A stretch of 64,000 nucleotides of DNA. Origin: Spirochaetia bacterium. Its GTDB lineage: Bacteria > Spirochaetota > Spirochaetia > DSM-16054 > Sediminispirochaetaceae. The DNA lies in contig JAXHMY010000003.1 of assembly GCA_034520965.1 (NCBI GenBank), positions 1 through 64,000 of the forward strand, given 5' to 3'. Positions 1-10,901 of the stretch are shown piece by piece. The number at the start of each line of letters is the position of its first letter. Within the stretch, counting starts at the first letter, position 1. Below the pieces are notes generated by a model. It did not search any database, was not told the origin of the DNA, and worked only from the letters and a program-made list of their open reading frames with translations. The position numbers and the translations under genes are program-made.

Positions 1-318
1 AACGCATTGTCTTCAGAGCCATAGCCGTGATTACGTGCAGGTTTTGCAGTTGGTAGCAAAGGAAGAGAAAACGAGCGTATTTTCGACGAGTTTTCTCCAA
101 CGAGAACGCGTGGAGGTACTGACGCCCGCAATGGAGACCACACGAGGGCACGCACGATCTTTTCCGCCAGCTCCGGAAGCGGGAAGCCCGATGTCTGATG
201 AAGTGACATACGATTGCTGCCATAACCATTCGACACAACAGATACCATTTTGCAGCCGCGCAGGCGCATTTCAATGCCCTCCCACAAATTCCCCGTATGT
301 AAAAATTACCATACGCCC

Positions 319-477
319 CTATCTCGTGGCAATTATCCAGACGGCATGAACGATACCGGGGATATATCCCAAAATCGTTAAGAGAATATTGATCCAGAAA
401 TGCAACCCTATACCAACCTGTAGAAATACGCCCAGCGGGGGCAACAGAATAGCAACAATTATTCTGAAAAAATCCAT
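319..477 (-). CDS. YqaE/Pmp3 family small membrane protein
   Basis: 52-aa hydrophobic ORF MDFFRIIVAILLPPLGVFL...LGYIPGIVHAVW with the family signature; GAGG RBS upstream. Confidence 0.9.
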   Translation of the reverse strand: MDFFRIIVAILLPPLGVFLQVGIGLHFWINILLTILGYIPGIVHAVWIIATR

Positions 478-577
478 AATTTTCCTCCTGTTATGTAAAG
501 TAAAAATAGGAATAATGAGACGGTCTGTCAATGACTCCATCAAGCCCCTATCGGGGCAGAAATATCTTTACTTCCTA

Positions 578-1743
578 CTAAAGTTGATTAGTGCCGCTCC
601 CGCCCGCCGGCTCGGTTCGCCACAGCTCATGCAAGAACTGCTGCCAGGGCAAAATTTGAATGCCGTCGCTGGTGGTGCGGGGCAGTTCTTCCATGCTTAC
701 TACTACACGCTGGGAGATCTCGGCCTCCTCCCCAAGGGCGCGCAATCCTTTTAAGTCACCCGGGTGGATGCGGTTGGCGGCCTTTACCTCTACAGCAAGC
801 CGTTTGCCCACAATAAAATCGACCTCCAGGCCATCGCGAGTGCGCCAGTACTGCAAGGTTTCTTTGTGGCGACCATAGGCCAGCCAAGCGCGAAGCTCCA
901 TGGCAATAAAATGCTCAAAGGCGGCTCCAAATTCAGCACTGTTACGGTTCAGACTGCGCAGCCCGCCAGAAAATTGGCAACGCCGGTATCAAAGAAATAA
1001 AACTTGGCGGTGGCGACCGCCTTGCGACCGGGGCTGTGCCAGGGGTCAAGCATAAAGCCAGTAAAATTGTCGTTTAAAATCTTGAACCATGCCCGAACCG
1101 AGCTGGCTGGAACCCCAGTATCGCGCGAAACATTGGCAAAGTTGATCTGCTGGGAGTTGCTTAAGGCGGCGACTCTCAGAAAAGCCGAAAAATGCACCAG
1201 ATTCTGCACCAGCGATTCCGCCATAATTTCCTCGGTCAGATAGGTGTTGATGTAGGCATCCAGCTCCTCCAGCGGGTCTTCGCTATCAACCACTTGCGGC
1301 AGGCCGCCATACAGCAAGTAGCGATTCAAATCGTCCTGATGGAACTGAGCCGAACACAGCGGGAAAAGATTGCACTGCCACGCGCGACCGGCCAGCAAAT
1401 TCACACCTCCGCGGCGAAGTTTGCGAGCGCTCGAACCGGTCAGAATAAAACGCAGCCCACGCTCCTCTATCAAGTCGTGCACCTCGTCCAGTAGCGCAGG
1501 GATTTTTTGAATCTCGTCGATAATAACCGGCAAATCGGAATCCGGCATTGCGTTTATTAGCTCGCGCAACTCGCCTGGATTATGACTCAACGGAATAGCA
1601 ACCCCGCTGCGCAACAGGTTAATGATGCGCTCGCCCGGAAACTGAGCCCGTAAAAGAGTAGTTTTACCAGTGCTGCGTGGACCAAACAGAAACAGCGATT
1701 TCTTTTGTGCCAGCGTTGGCAGATCAAGCATGCGCTCGTACAT
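578..1743 (-). CDS. AAA_14/DUF4143 ATPase (frameshift near 950)
   Basis: Walker A GPRSTGKT, Walker B IIDEIQK; C-terminal YWRTRDGLEVDF...EVKA lies in a second frame (578-901). Confidence 0.85.
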
Positions 1744-2230
1744 ACCAGTAGTGTAATAGCGCATGTTGGTTAAATCAACAGCAGCTCTGCGGATTTTACG
1801 GCAAATTCCACAGTGCAACTAATTAGATTTAGATTGATGAGTGTTGCGCCCGGCCACTGCTGCTCAAACCACCTCGATATTAGCTGGATATATCATGCTC
1901 CCTAGTGTGAAGCGAAGTGTGGATCATAAACGCACAGATTGCATCCCCCGGGCAAGCTACCCGGGGGGCTTTTCGGTAAAAACGGGGACGGAGGAGACAG
2001 TTTCACATGGTCGTCCGATATCTACCAACTGCCCCGGCCCCACGGAGCGGCCCGAGCGAATGTCTGTAAGGTACAGTGGATGCTCGCAGACAGCTGCTGC
2101 GGTGAGGCCGAATAATTCGAGCAACTTGACGGGGCGGTTTTGTCGAGGATGATTAGTTGTGAATCGATTTGTTTTTGTGAAAAGGATCGCTTCGATGCTC
2201 GTCGAACCTGTGCTGCTGGCCTCGAAAGCT

Positions 2231-2293
2231 CCATCCGCGCCCATCCATGTGCTCTGCCCCATATATCCGTAGTTTATATAACTTCCCCCATCC
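2231..2293. repeat. GC-rich intergenic repeat, copy 1 (shortened)
   Basis: CCATCCGCGCCCATCC...CTGCCCC.ATATATCCGTAGTTT shared with copies at 3083, 3777 and 4280. Confidence 0.8.
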
Positions 2294-2329
2294 AAACCGC
2301 ATAATTGAACAGATAACTATTTCATTAGG

Positions 2330-3016
2330 CTATCCCAAGAAACCGCTTACAATGTTTTCCTCCACATAAGTGGTAAGGTTTTTTATATTTTCCACCGAGG
2401 CTTCTAGGTTGTTATCTTTGTCTTCGAACACGTGCCCCGCGTTCTTTATTAACCTGTATTTTATAGTAACTTCATTTTTAAGAGTATCAATTATCGCTTC
2501 TTCATAATAGGGATCTTTCTCGCCGATTACATACAGCAGTTTTTTTTTCTCTTGCTTTAAAATCGGTATTATCTCTTTCTGAGATTCGGTTGGCGTCAGG
2601 AGCATAAACGAAACACTCTTGAAAGCGCTGAGCAGTTTTGTATGTGTAAGGATATTCAGAATTCCGGTAGTTCCCAGGGATTTACCGATTAGACAGATGC
2701 TCATATTTTTATATTTATCAATAATATACTCACCGATCTTTGCCTGATCTTGCTTTAAATATTCATCTTTTCCCCCATCATCTAAAGCAAGAAACTTGTC
2801 ATTTTCATTGTACCGGTAATCGACTGTCAGGTAATCCCACCCGTGTTTCATGAAAGCAAGCTTTAAGAAGAAAGTTGCTGGGGCATCGGGGGGATAAATA
2901 TACCCGGGCAAGACTATTGCTAATTTATCACTCTGTTTCTCATCCATTTGCCAATATGTAGTTTCAATGAATCTTTCATCAACTCCGTACAAATCTTTTG
3001 TTCTGCTGAATTTCAT
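2330..3016 (-). CDS. alpha/beta hydrolase-fold protein
   Basis: GKSLG nucleophile elbow, IGEKDPY and NAGHVF (Asp/His of triad); AT-rich relative to neighbours. Confidence 0.75.
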   Translation of the reverse strand: MKFSRTKDLYGVDERFIETTYWQMDEKQSDKLAIVLPGYIYPPDAPATFFLKLAFMKHGWDYLTVDYRYNENDKFLALDDGGKDEYLKQDQAKIGEYIIDKYKNMSICLIGKSLGTTGILNILTHTKLLSAFKSVSFMLLTPTESQKEIIPILKQEKKKLLYVIGEKDPYYEEAIIDTLKNEVTIKYRLIKNAGHVFEDKDNNLEASVENIKNLTTYVEENIVSGFLG

Positions 3017-3082
3017 AAAATTATGCCTCCTTCTAAATGATAGCATAAAGAATACACTACTAAACAACAAATTTTACCGCTT

Positions 3083-3157
3083 CCCATCCGCGCCCATCCG
3101 TGGTGCCCGCCTGCCCCGCCCTATATATCCGTAGTTTAAACAACCTCCCCATCCGCG
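3083..3157. repeat. GC-rich intergenic repeat, copy 2
   Basis: CCCATCCGCGCCCATCCGTGGTGCCCGCCTGCCCCGCCCTATATATCCGTAGTTTAAACAAC. Confidence 0.85.
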
Positions 3158-3240
3158 GGCCATATTAAGAGTCAGATTTGACTGCAGCACTTATCCTGCA
3201 TATCCTTAAAATAGGCAATGTTAATGAGGAGAAGTAGAGT

Positions 3241-3644
3241 ATGAAAAGCGCACAGCGAACCAGAACGCTTCTGTTAATAATAGTAGTAGTAACACTTTCA
3301 CTGATAAGTTTATCCGCATGTACAGGCGGCAGTCGCATAGAAGTATCGACGGAATGGGAAATAGTCACGGAAGGACTCGCCTTTAACCGCGGAATGATTG
3401 CCGTACCTGCGGGCGAGCAGGTTGTCATTCAGCTTAAAAATTCCGATAACTATACCCATTACTTTGGAGTGTACCGGACTGAAGATTCCGAGCAAGCCTT
3501 AGCACGGGACCAACTGAACTGCCGGCCAATGCGATCAAAGAGTTTAGTTTTACCGCCCCCGAAGAAACCGGCCGCTATCACTTTCGCGATCATACGTACC
3601 CAAATAAAATAAAGGGAATAATGATTGTCAGTGATAAAGATTGA
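3241..3644 (+). CDS. cupredoxin-like lipoprotein (frameshifted)
   Basis: Signal peptide with LSAC lipobox; AFN..I.VPAGEQVVIQLKNSD...HYF pattern; C-terminus continues in another frame to TGA at 3642-3644. Confidence 0.6.
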
Positions 3645-3684
3645 AGTCGACCTCGAACGAAAAGAAACAATCAGTCGCGTCCAG

Positions 3685-3840
3685 CACGCGGATATACACA
3701 AATAAACTCGGATATTAAAAAATTAATTACTCTTAAAAAAAAAACCAAATTCCCATACTAAACTCAAACTCCCCTTCCCATCCGCGCCCATCCGTGTGGT
3801 CCGCCTGCCCCGCCCTATATATACAGCGTTCAAACAACTT
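3685..3840. repeat. GC-rich intergenic repeat, copy 3 with inverted left arm
   Basis: Core at 3777-3840; ACGCGGATATACAC at about 3686 is partly complementary to the right end. Confidence 0.8.
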
Positions 3841-3846
3841 TTTTCA

Positions 3847-3930
3847 GTTACCGGGATCTTAAAAAGTCATCAACCGTCATTCCAAAATTTTGACTACTTC
3901 TTGTGGTTTAAGTACAGGAATTGTCCCCAT
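3847..3930 (-). pseudogene. hicA: HicA toxin remnant (internal deletion)
   Basis: Starts MGTIPVLKPQ directly after hicB and ends GMTVDDFLRSR*; the core is missing. Confidence 0.55.
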
Positions 3931-3933
3931 ATT

Positions 3934-4143
3934 CTATGCAACAACTATTTGTTGTGTGCCTACGAATTCTATATTAGACGAAGGCTCATTATCTTCAAGC
4001 AGCATTGAAACAACTTCAACCAGATTATGACGCAGTTCATCTATTGTATCACCTTGTGAGTGAGCTCCGGGAAACTTAGGAATATACCCAACATAACAGC
4101 CAGTTGTTCCGTCTCGCTCTATAATAGCTGTGAAAGTTTTCAT
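3934..4143 (-). CDS. hicB: HicB family antitoxin
   Basis: FTAIIERD...YVGYIPKFPGAHSQGDTIDELRHNLVEVVSMLLE is the typical short HicB. Confidence 0.85.
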   Translation of the reverse strand: MKTFTAIIERDGTTGCYVGYIPKFPGAHSQGDTIDELRHNLVEVVSMLLEDNEPSSNIEFVGTQQIVVA

Positions 4144-4215
4144 TCTTTCTCCTCTTCCCTTTTATGTTACTCATCATAATTACCATATGTCGATCGCAAT
4201 CAACTAATAGCTTCA

Positions 4216-4355
4216 ATCGCGGATTCACACATGATTACACAGATACTAAAAATTATAATTTTTAGATTTCCCACAAATTCCCATCCGCGCCCATCCGTGT
4301 GGCCCGCCTGCCCCGCCTCTGTATATCCGCAATTTTCCAATGGCCTCCCCCATCG
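4216..4355. repeat. GC-rich intergenic repeat, copy 4 with inverted left arm
   Basis: Core at 4280-4355; AATCGCGGATTCACA (4216) versus TGTATATCCGCAATT forms an imperfect inverted repeat. Confidence 0.8.
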
Positions 4356-4364
4356 CTAGTCATT

Positions 4365-4931
4365 TCACTCAAGGAATACCACATTCTTCTCGTACAGCTT
4401 CTCCGGCAGCAGATCCTGCAGGGCAGCCTTCACGTGCGGCGCCTTTAGCCCCGGTAAATAGCCGCCGGAAACTGCATGTGAAAGGAGCGCCATATTCTGC
4501 GTGCGGGGGTCAGCAAGGTCGGACCGGTAGACTCGCTCCACCCGGAGCTTTTGCCGGCCGGCAAGCAGCTCTATATCACTGCCGGTCACATCCTCCGCCT
4601 CTCCCAGGCGAATGGGCAGGGCCTGCCAGTAGGCGTCGTAGTAGACTAAAAGCCCCCCCGGACGCAGGTAATCCCGGGCGCCGCGCAGGGCCTCGGTACG
4701 CTCGAGGGCCAGTACAATGTCCACCCTTCCCGGCTCGTTCAGGGGGCTAAAAACCCCCTCCCCCACACGAATGTGGGAACGGACGATACCGCCCCGCTGC
4801 GCAAGGCCATGGGTATCCACCCCGCGAACCTGGCAGCCGGCGTGGTCGTAGGCCCGTAACACCGCCTCGCTCAGCAGGCCGATTCCCTGGCCGCCTACAC
4901 CACAGAGGTATATGTTAATCTGTTCACTCAT
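4365..4931 (-). CDS. iorB: indolepyruvate:ferredoxin oxidoreductase beta subunit
   Basis: GVGGQG and THGLAQRGGIVRSHIR motifs; start overlaps iorA stop. Confidence 0.9.
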   Translation of the reverse strand: MSEQINIYLCGVGGQGIGLLSEAVLRAYDHAGCQVRGVDTHGLAQRGGIVRSHIRVGEGVFSPLNEPGRVDIVLALERTEALRGARDYLRPGGLLVYYDAYWQALPIRLGEAEDVTGSDIELLAGRQKLRVERVYRSDLADPRTQNMALLSHAVSGGYLPGLKAPHVKAALQDLLPEKLYEKNVVFLE

Positions 4932-6814
4932 TGCTCATCCACCTTTTTTAGCTCGATCGCATTGACCGGACAGGTCTGCAGACAGGAACCGTCGCCGATG
5001 CACAGGTCCTGGTTAACCGTCACTTGTCCCCCGGGATGCCGCACGAAGGAGGGGCAGGCAAAGAGACCCACGCAGTGGTGAATCTGATTGCAAGTCTCCT
5101 GATCGATCGCGGCCTGGGTTTGAATAGTATGACCAGCCCTACGCCGCTCGCGGGTAAACTTGAGCATGCAGGGGTGGCGGGCGATTACGGCGGTAAAGCC
5201 CTCTATCTCCATCGCCTCTTTCAAGAGCTCTCCCAGGCGTTTCTGATTGTAGGTGTCGGTCTCGCCAATGTGTTTTACCCCCAGCCCCTCAAGTACCGAC
5301 CGCACCTTAATCTTTTGGCCGACTCCGGCGTGGGTAGTTTTCCCGGTACCCGGGTGGTCCTGATGGCCGGTCATCGCGGTGGTATCGTTGAGCAGGATAA
5401 TCAGGGTGATGTTATGGTCGTTGTAGACCGAGTTTGCAACTCCCGGCAGACCGGCGTGAAAGAACGTCGAATCGCCGATAAAGGTAATCACATTGCGCGA
5501 GTCGTTAAAAAGGCTCAGACCCGAACCGGTGCCGTTGGAGTGGCCCATACACAGCAGTACCTGCCCCATATTGTAGGGAGGCAGCGCACCGAGGGTATGG
5601 CAGCCGATGTCCGCCACACTAATAATATCTTTTTTAATTACCCTCTTAATAGCATGAAAGGCGCTGCGATGCCCGCAGCCCGGACACATCTGCGGCGGCC
5701 GTTCTGGAACGGCAAGCTCAGTTGCTGCGCTCTGCTCCTCCTCGGCCGGCAGCAGCTGGGGCCAGCGGCGAGAAAGAATACGGCGGGTCTTCGCCGGCTT
5801 ATATTCGCCTATCAGATCCTCACGCTCGCCCTTGCCGCAGATCTTTACCGAGATCCCCTCATCGAAGGCAATCGCCTTGAGCTCCCCTTCTATGATCGGA
5901 TCAAGCTCCTCCAGCACCAGCACCTCGTCGTGACTGCGGCAGAACTCCGCCAACCTCTGCCTGGGCAGGGGATAGCTCATTGCTAATTTGAAGATGTCCG
6001 GCCGGGTGGAGGCCCCGAATAACACGTCCAGGAGCGAGTAGTAGGGCAAACCGCCGGCAACAACCCCCATGCGCTTGTTGCCGTTGTCATCCAGGCGGTT
6101 GAGGGGCGAGTTTTCGGCGTATTCGGCCACCCTATCCAGCTTCTCCAGGGCCCGGCGTTTCATCCGCAGGGCCTTCTCGGTAAGCGGGATGTAGGGCCCG
6201 TTCTCCGGGTCAAAGCGCGGCTCGCGGCTTGCCTCACGGGGTTCATAAGGGCCAAAGGAAACCCGCGCCTTGGCGTGGCATATGTGGGTGGAAAGGCGCA
6301 GAATCACCGGCATCTTCATCTCTTTAGACAGCTTTGCCGCATCGCGGTACATCTCGTAGACCTCCTGCGGATCTCCCGGCTCAAAGACCGGGCAGTAGGC
6401 CATTCGCGCATAGTGGCGGTTATCTTGTTCGTTCTGTGAGGAGTTGGCACCCGGGTCGTCGCCGATGATAATCACCATACCGCCGACCAGTTCCATCAGC
6501 GGCAGCTGGACAAAGCTGTCCGCCGCCACGTTCAAACCGACGCTTTTGAAAACCGTAGACAGATGCCCATTGACCGAGGCACCAAAGGCCACCTCGGTGG
6601 CTACCTTCTCGTTTACCGAAAACTCAAAGTAGAATGGGCGCTGCTCCTCTTGAATCGACATAATTGCCCCGCCAATCTCCGGGGTTGGTGAACCGGGATA
6701 AGCTGTTACCACCCGGGTCCCTTCCTCCACCATGGCTCGAACCACAGCCGAGTTGCCCATCATTATTTCACTAAAAGCTTCCTGCTGAATGAGCAGTTCG
6801 CCGAGTTGTTTCAT
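4928..6814 (-). CDS. iorA: indolepyruvate:ferredoxin oxidoreductase alpha subunit
   Basis: AYPGSP, NEKVA, RPPQMCPGCGH, GDSTFFHAG TPP motif, C-terminal ferredoxin cysteines. Confidence 0.92.
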   Translation of the reverse strand: MKQLGELLIQQEAFSEIMMGNSAVVRAMVEEGTRVVTAYPGSPTPEIGGAIMSIQEEQRPFYFEFSVNEKVATEVAFGASVNGHLSTVFKSVGLNVAADSFVQLPLMELVGGMVIIIGDDPGANSSQNEQDNRHYARMAYCPVFEPGDPQEVYEMYRDAAKLSKEMKMPVILRLSTHICHAKARVSFGPYEPREASREPRFDPENGPYIPLTEKALRMKRRALEKLDRVAEYAENSPLNRLDDNGNKRMGVVAGGLPYYSLLDVLFGASTRPDIFKLAMSYPLPRQRLAEFCRSHDEVLVLEELDPIIEGELKAIAFDEGISVKICGKGEREDLIGEYKPAKTRRILSRRWPQLLPAEEEQSAATELAVPERPPQMCPGCGHRSAFHAIKRVIKKDIISVADIGCHTLGALPPYNMGQVLLCMGHSNGTGSGLSLFNDSRNVITFIGDSTFFHAGLPGVANSVYNDHNITLIILLNDTTAMTGHQDHPGTGKTTHAGVGQKIKVRSVLEGLGVKHIGETDTYNQKRLGELLKEAMEIEGFTAVIARHPCMLKFTRERRRAGHTIQTQAAIDQETCNQIHHCVGLFACPSFVRHPGGQVTVNQDLCIGDGSCLQTCPVNAIELKKVDEQ

Positions 6815-6834
6815 GGCACCTCCCCTATCTCTCT

Positions 6835-8253
6835 TTATCTTCCGGACCTTAACATAGCCAGCACATCGGCGGCGGTATAGTCATATCCCTTCTCTTTTAG
6901 CATAAGGCTAATGGAGTCGATTGTCACCCCGCCGTAACCGAGAGGCTCTTCGGTATATCCCCGGGCATATCTCTTTGCGAGGCCGATATTCGACAACAGG
7001 GCATTGCACAGGCATTTTCTTCCCTCAGTCTCCTCGGCAGCACCCCCTTTTCTGGTGAACTGGTCAACCGGTTCCGCCGGACAGCGGTAGCCTAGGGACC
7101 CATCCTCTTTTTTGTACACATGCCGCAAGTAACCGAGGTTGCACACCCGCTTTCTTTGCTCGTACACCTCCCGTTGGAACAAAGTGCCCGCCATTAGTGC
7201 AACCTTAAAGGGAAAGCCGGTGGGCGAGGCCTTGGGGTCGGTAAATACTTCCTGCTCTCCCGCCTCCATCGATTTCAGGAAATGCATTTTTAGATCGTGC
7301 TGGAAAGCCGATTCCCTGCAGAAAGCAAATACGCTTCCCACCTGAATACCCTCGGCCCCTTCTTCACGGGCGTTTTTCAGCGAACCGGGCATGCTGTAGC
7401 CGCCGGCAAGCCAGAAGGGCACACCCAATTCAGCTATTTTCTTATAGTCCATCTCGTCCTTGCTTCCGAACACGGGCGATCCCGCCGCATCAAGCTGCAG
7501 AGCCCCCCTCGGCGGGGCATTATGTCCGCCGGCGGTATGATTTTCCAGAATAAGCCCGTCAACCCCCTTTACTTTTTTTGCCATCGTCATCGCAAGAATA
7601 AAGGAAGAGACTATCGGAAAAAAGTACGGCCGTTTTAATTCTTTGGGCGGGTCGTGTAATATCTCCGCCGGGTTCAGCTCCATGAAATATTCATGGCCCT
7701 TTTCCGCCCCTTCTACATTCAGCTTGATACGGCCGGCTTTACTCCGGGTATAATTTTCTATCATCCCAGGGAACTCAAGGGGTATGCCCGCCCCCACAAA
7801 AATATAATCGACACCGGCCAGCATGGCCCCGTATACAGACGCAGGATTCGGCATCTGAATCTTTTCAAGGTAGTTAATTCCCACCTTGCCGGAGTGCCCC
7901 TCCTTTGCAAGGTACACCTCTGCAAAGTTCGCGGCCACGGTAATCTCCTGTATTTCACGCCCGGGTTCAACAGTAAAAACGGGGGCCTGCTTAAAGTCGT
8001 GAAAGCCCTCCGTGCCCTCTTCATTGTAGTATTTTTCTATAATTCTGGAAGCTACAGCCTGATCCGGAAAAGCCTTCAGGGCCCGCAGCATATGTCCCCC
8101 CGGATCCCCCTGCTGAAGCCTTCTTACCAAAATTACATCCAGAGCTACGCTGGAGACCACCCCAAGTTCACCCTGTTCGGCCACAGCCCGTGCAAGCCTC
8201 CAATTAGAAACTCCGGCTCCCATTCCGCCTTGGATTATACGTGGATGCTGCAT
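6835..8253 (-). CDS. nitronate monooxygenase (2-nitropropane dioxygenase) family flavoprotein
   Basis: IIQGGMGAGVS, AGGHN, GIQVGS, ASPTGFPFKV motifs. Confidence 0.85.
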   Translation of the reverse strand: MQHPRIIQGGMGAGVSNWRLARAVAEQGELGVVSSVALDVILVRRLQQGDPGGHMLRALKAFPDQAVASRIIEKYYNEEGTEGFHDFKQAPVFTVEPGREIQEITVAANFAEVYLAKEGHSGKVGINYLEKIQMPNPASVYGAMLAGVDYIFVGAGIPLEFPGMIENYTRSKAGRIKLNVEGAEKGHEYFMELNPAEILHDPPKELKRPYFFPIVSSFILAMTMAKKVKGVDGLILENHTAGGHNAPPRGALQLDAAGSPVFGSKDEMDYKKIAELGVPFWLAGGYSMPGSLKNAREEGAEGIQVGSVFAFCRESAFQHDLKMHFLKSMEAGEQEVFTDPKASPTGFPFKVALMAGTLFQREVYEQRKRVCNLGYLRHVYKKEDGSLGYRCPAEPVDQFTRKGGAAEETEGRKCLCNALLSNIGLAKRYARGYTEEPLGYGGVTIDSISLMLKEKGYDYTAADVLAMLRSGR

Positions 8254-8458
8254 ATAAACTCCTTTATTTACATTATATTCAGCCCGGGGCAAATCTTCAA
8301 GAATTCCTGTGTACCCGCAGTTGAACTGGTCGGTCTTCTTATATAAAAATGCTCATCCCCTAGCCATCCGCCATGTGGTCAGCCCGGCCCGCAGTGCTGT
8401 AGCGCACCCGAGGACCCTTGGGTCGGCGTGCTAACCCCCGCCCTAGGAGCCATTTATT

Positions 8459-9640
8459 TCAGCCCATCAGTCTCCGCAGTACCTTAAGATAATCATCTGC
8501 ACTCATCGGGCGGGGGTTATCTTTATTACTGCCGTTGCGGGCTGAGTTCTCCGCCAGCTCCTGCAGATCCTCCGCCTGAACTCCCAGGCTGCGAAACTCC
8601 GGCAGGCCTAGCTCCTTGGCAAGCTGCTCTACCCGCTTTACCGCCAGGCGGGCACCGTCTGCGGGCTCTTCAAACTCTAAGCCCATCGCCTGGGCAATAC
8701 GGGCGTAGCGCTCCAGGGCAAACTCCATATTATAGTCCATCATCACCGGCAGAACTATCGCATTGCACACCCCGTGGGGAGCATCGTACTTGCCTCCCAG
8801 GGCTTCGGCGATACAGTGTACTCCGGCTACATCGGAATGGCTAAAGGCTATACCCGCCAGAAGGCTGCCGGTCATCATCCCGTCCCGCGCCTCTGCATTC
8901 GAGGGCTCCAGCACCGCAGTCACCAAATGGGCATTAATCAGCTCTATCCCATGCAGCGCCGCCGCATCCGATAAAGGGTTGGCCGCCTTTGCGGTAAACC
9001 CTTCAATCGCGTGGGTAAGGGCATCCAGCCCGGTGGCAGCAGTCAGCCCTGCCGGCATAGAATGGGTAAGCAGCGGATCGATATAGGCAACCCGCGGGGC
9101 AATTTTGGGCGATTTAATGGTAAACTTGAACTTATCCCGGGTATCGGTGATAACCGAACTAAAGGTTACCTCACTGCCGGTCCCGGCGGTAGTCGGAATA
9201 GTATATACAGGCAATACCTTCCCGAAAATATTGTTCGAATCAGAAAAAGAGCGTACGCTTCCATCATGGGTGGCCACGACACTCACCGCCTTTGCACAGT
9301 CGATCGGGCTGCCCCCGCCAATGGCGACAATCGCATCGACCATCAAGTTGCTCGCTTGTCCGGCCGCCGCCTCTACGTTACTGTCCTTCGGATTTGCCTC
9401 CACCCCATCATACACAACCACCCCGATATCTTCTGCGGCAATGCTGTCGATAATAGCAGTGGCAAACTCTTGTGAGCGGATTACCTTGTCGGTAATCACT
9501 AATACCGAATCAACACCCCGTAACACCAGTTCCTCCGGCAGCTTTCCGGCAGCCCCGTTTCCGTACTCAATTTCTGTCGGTAATGTAAAATTAAAACCCT
9601 TCTGCCCTGTTTGCATATGCATATGTAACCCCTTATTCAC
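8459..9640 (-). CDS. iron-containing alcohol dehydrogenase
   Basis: GGGSPIDCAK, PTTAGTGSEVT, DALTHAIEG, PHG motifs; exact start uncertain. Confidence 0.93.
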   Translation of the reverse strand: MNKGLHMHMQTGQKGFNFTLPTEIEYGNGAAGKLPEELVLRGVDSVLVITDKVIRSQEFATAIIDSIAAEDIGVVVYDGVEANPKDSNVEAAAGQASNLMVDAIVAIGGGSPIDCAKAVSVVATHDGSVRSFSDSNNIFGKVLPVYTIPTTAGTGSEVTFSSVITDTRDKFKFTIKSPKIAPRVAYIDPLLTHSMPAGLTAATGLDALTHAIEGFTAKAANPLSDAAALHGIELINAHLVTAVLEPSNAEARDGMMTGSLLAGIAFSHSDVAGVHCIAEALGGKYDAPHGVCNAIVLPVMMDYNMEFALERYARIAQAMGLEFEEPADGARLAVKRVEQLAKELGLPEFRSLGVQAEDLQELAENSARNGSNKDNPRPMSADDYLKVLRRLMG

Positions 9641-9917
9641 AATCTACATCTACACTATACAAGGGATATCTCTCTCTTCCAAGAAAAAATCAGAGTTGAC
9701 CTTCCTAGAGTGATGCGGATATAAGGTTTCAGCTGTGCCTTAGACTTTACTATTCCGTAACGAGGGTCTGGCCGGCCATCTTTTTAATGATATCAGCGCA
9801 CTCTTCCTTATCTTTGTACCCAGATTTATCAAGCCCAGTCTGGATATATGCGATATCATCATACTCAATTGATGTAATGATATCCGCCGCCTCTTTGTTC
9901 GATACACCATGTGCCTA

Positions 9918-10901
9918 CTACTTGTTCCCAGCAGTAAGGCGAGTTTCGATTATAAACACCAGAAGCAGCTCTTCCAGGGTTCGTTTCGGGCCGGGTAAAT
10001 CCGTATCCTTCCTGCCGATAGCCTTTCGGGTCCTGCTTTGATAAAAACGGTAAATTTCTCGTGGATCCACCTTAGTCTCATCTTCGGCTGACAGCTCTAT
10101 GTTTTGCATTCGGCCGAGCATCTCCCGATCTATGACCGAAAGCTGCCGCTTTTCCATGTCATCTCGTACTCGACAAAGATCTTCAAAGGCCAGCCCAAAA
10201 ATAAACTCTTCCAGCGCCTGCTGAACTTCTTTGTCCTTGCCATGCTGATCAAGAAAGTTATACCAGCGGCTCGGCAAAAGGCTGGATAGGCGAATCAACT
10301 CAACAGTCCCCATCATGGTTCCGAAAACGGGTACCAGTCGCCCCCTTACCGACCACAACTTTATCAGTATGGGCGCGTATTCAGTTACGTTCTTATCAAA
10401 GCGCTGCTCCCAAAGGTGAATCAGATCCATGGCTGCATAGTGGCGGACCGCTGTGTCGTACTCAGTCCGCTCTATTATCGCCTGATACACATCCTCGATC
10501 ATAAGCGAAAAAATAACCGTCTCCCAGTGGGCTTGCAGTTCGTCCTTAAACTCTGCAAAATCATCAATCAGGTCGCAAAGTTTCCGCACATAGCCAAAAA
10601 GGTTAAACTTTGCGATCATGAAACTGCGACCTACAGTGATTTTCGTCGGCAGTAGTACAGTGTGATCAATGCCCCCGTGGAAAAGCGTTTCAACCAAAGT
10701 CTGTACCGTTTGATGCTCTTCTCCACTGTCCCGAGTATCAAGTATGGAGGGGTATCCAATGAAGGCTTCGGAAAGATGACTGATATTTTCTTCCATTAAT
10801 TTAAACGCTGCCGACATCTTGCGATCCTTAAGTTTGTCGATCAGCGGTCTGACACGCGAGAGGAGTAGTCTTTCCGACTCATTATACGGCTGTTTTTTCA
10901 T
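9918..10901 (-). CDS. hypothetical protein
   Basis: 327-aa ORF with GAGG RBS; no motif recognised. Confidence 0.75.
   Translation of the reverse strand: MKKQPYNESERLLLSRVRPLIDKLKDRKMSAAFKLMEENISHLSEAFIGYPSILDTRDSGEEHQTVQTLVETLFHGGIDHTVLLPTKITVGRSFMIAKFNLFGYVRKLCDLIDDFAEFKDELQAHWETVIFSLMIEDVYQAIIERTEYDTAVRHYAAMDLIHLWEQRFDKNVTEYAPILIKLWSVRGRLVPVFGTMMGTVELIRLSSLLPSRWYNFLDQHGKDKEVQQALEEFIFGLAFEDLCRVRDDMEKRQLSVIDREMLGRMQNIELSAEDETKVDPREIYRFYQSRTRKAIGRKDTDLPGPKRTLEELLLVFIIETRLTAGNK

Noticed and set aside
5024..5986. Long antisense ORFs (also 29075-29947, 55105-55821, 63368-63938)
   Set aside because: They are shadows of well-supported genes on the opposite strand and have no motifs of their own.
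8361..8450. GC-rich hairpin between the ADH and nitronate monooxygenase genes as a riboswitch or a copy of the 2-4 kb repeat
   Set aside because: Only a short CCATCCGC match and no recognisable aptamer; it may be a simple terminator or REP-like hairpin.
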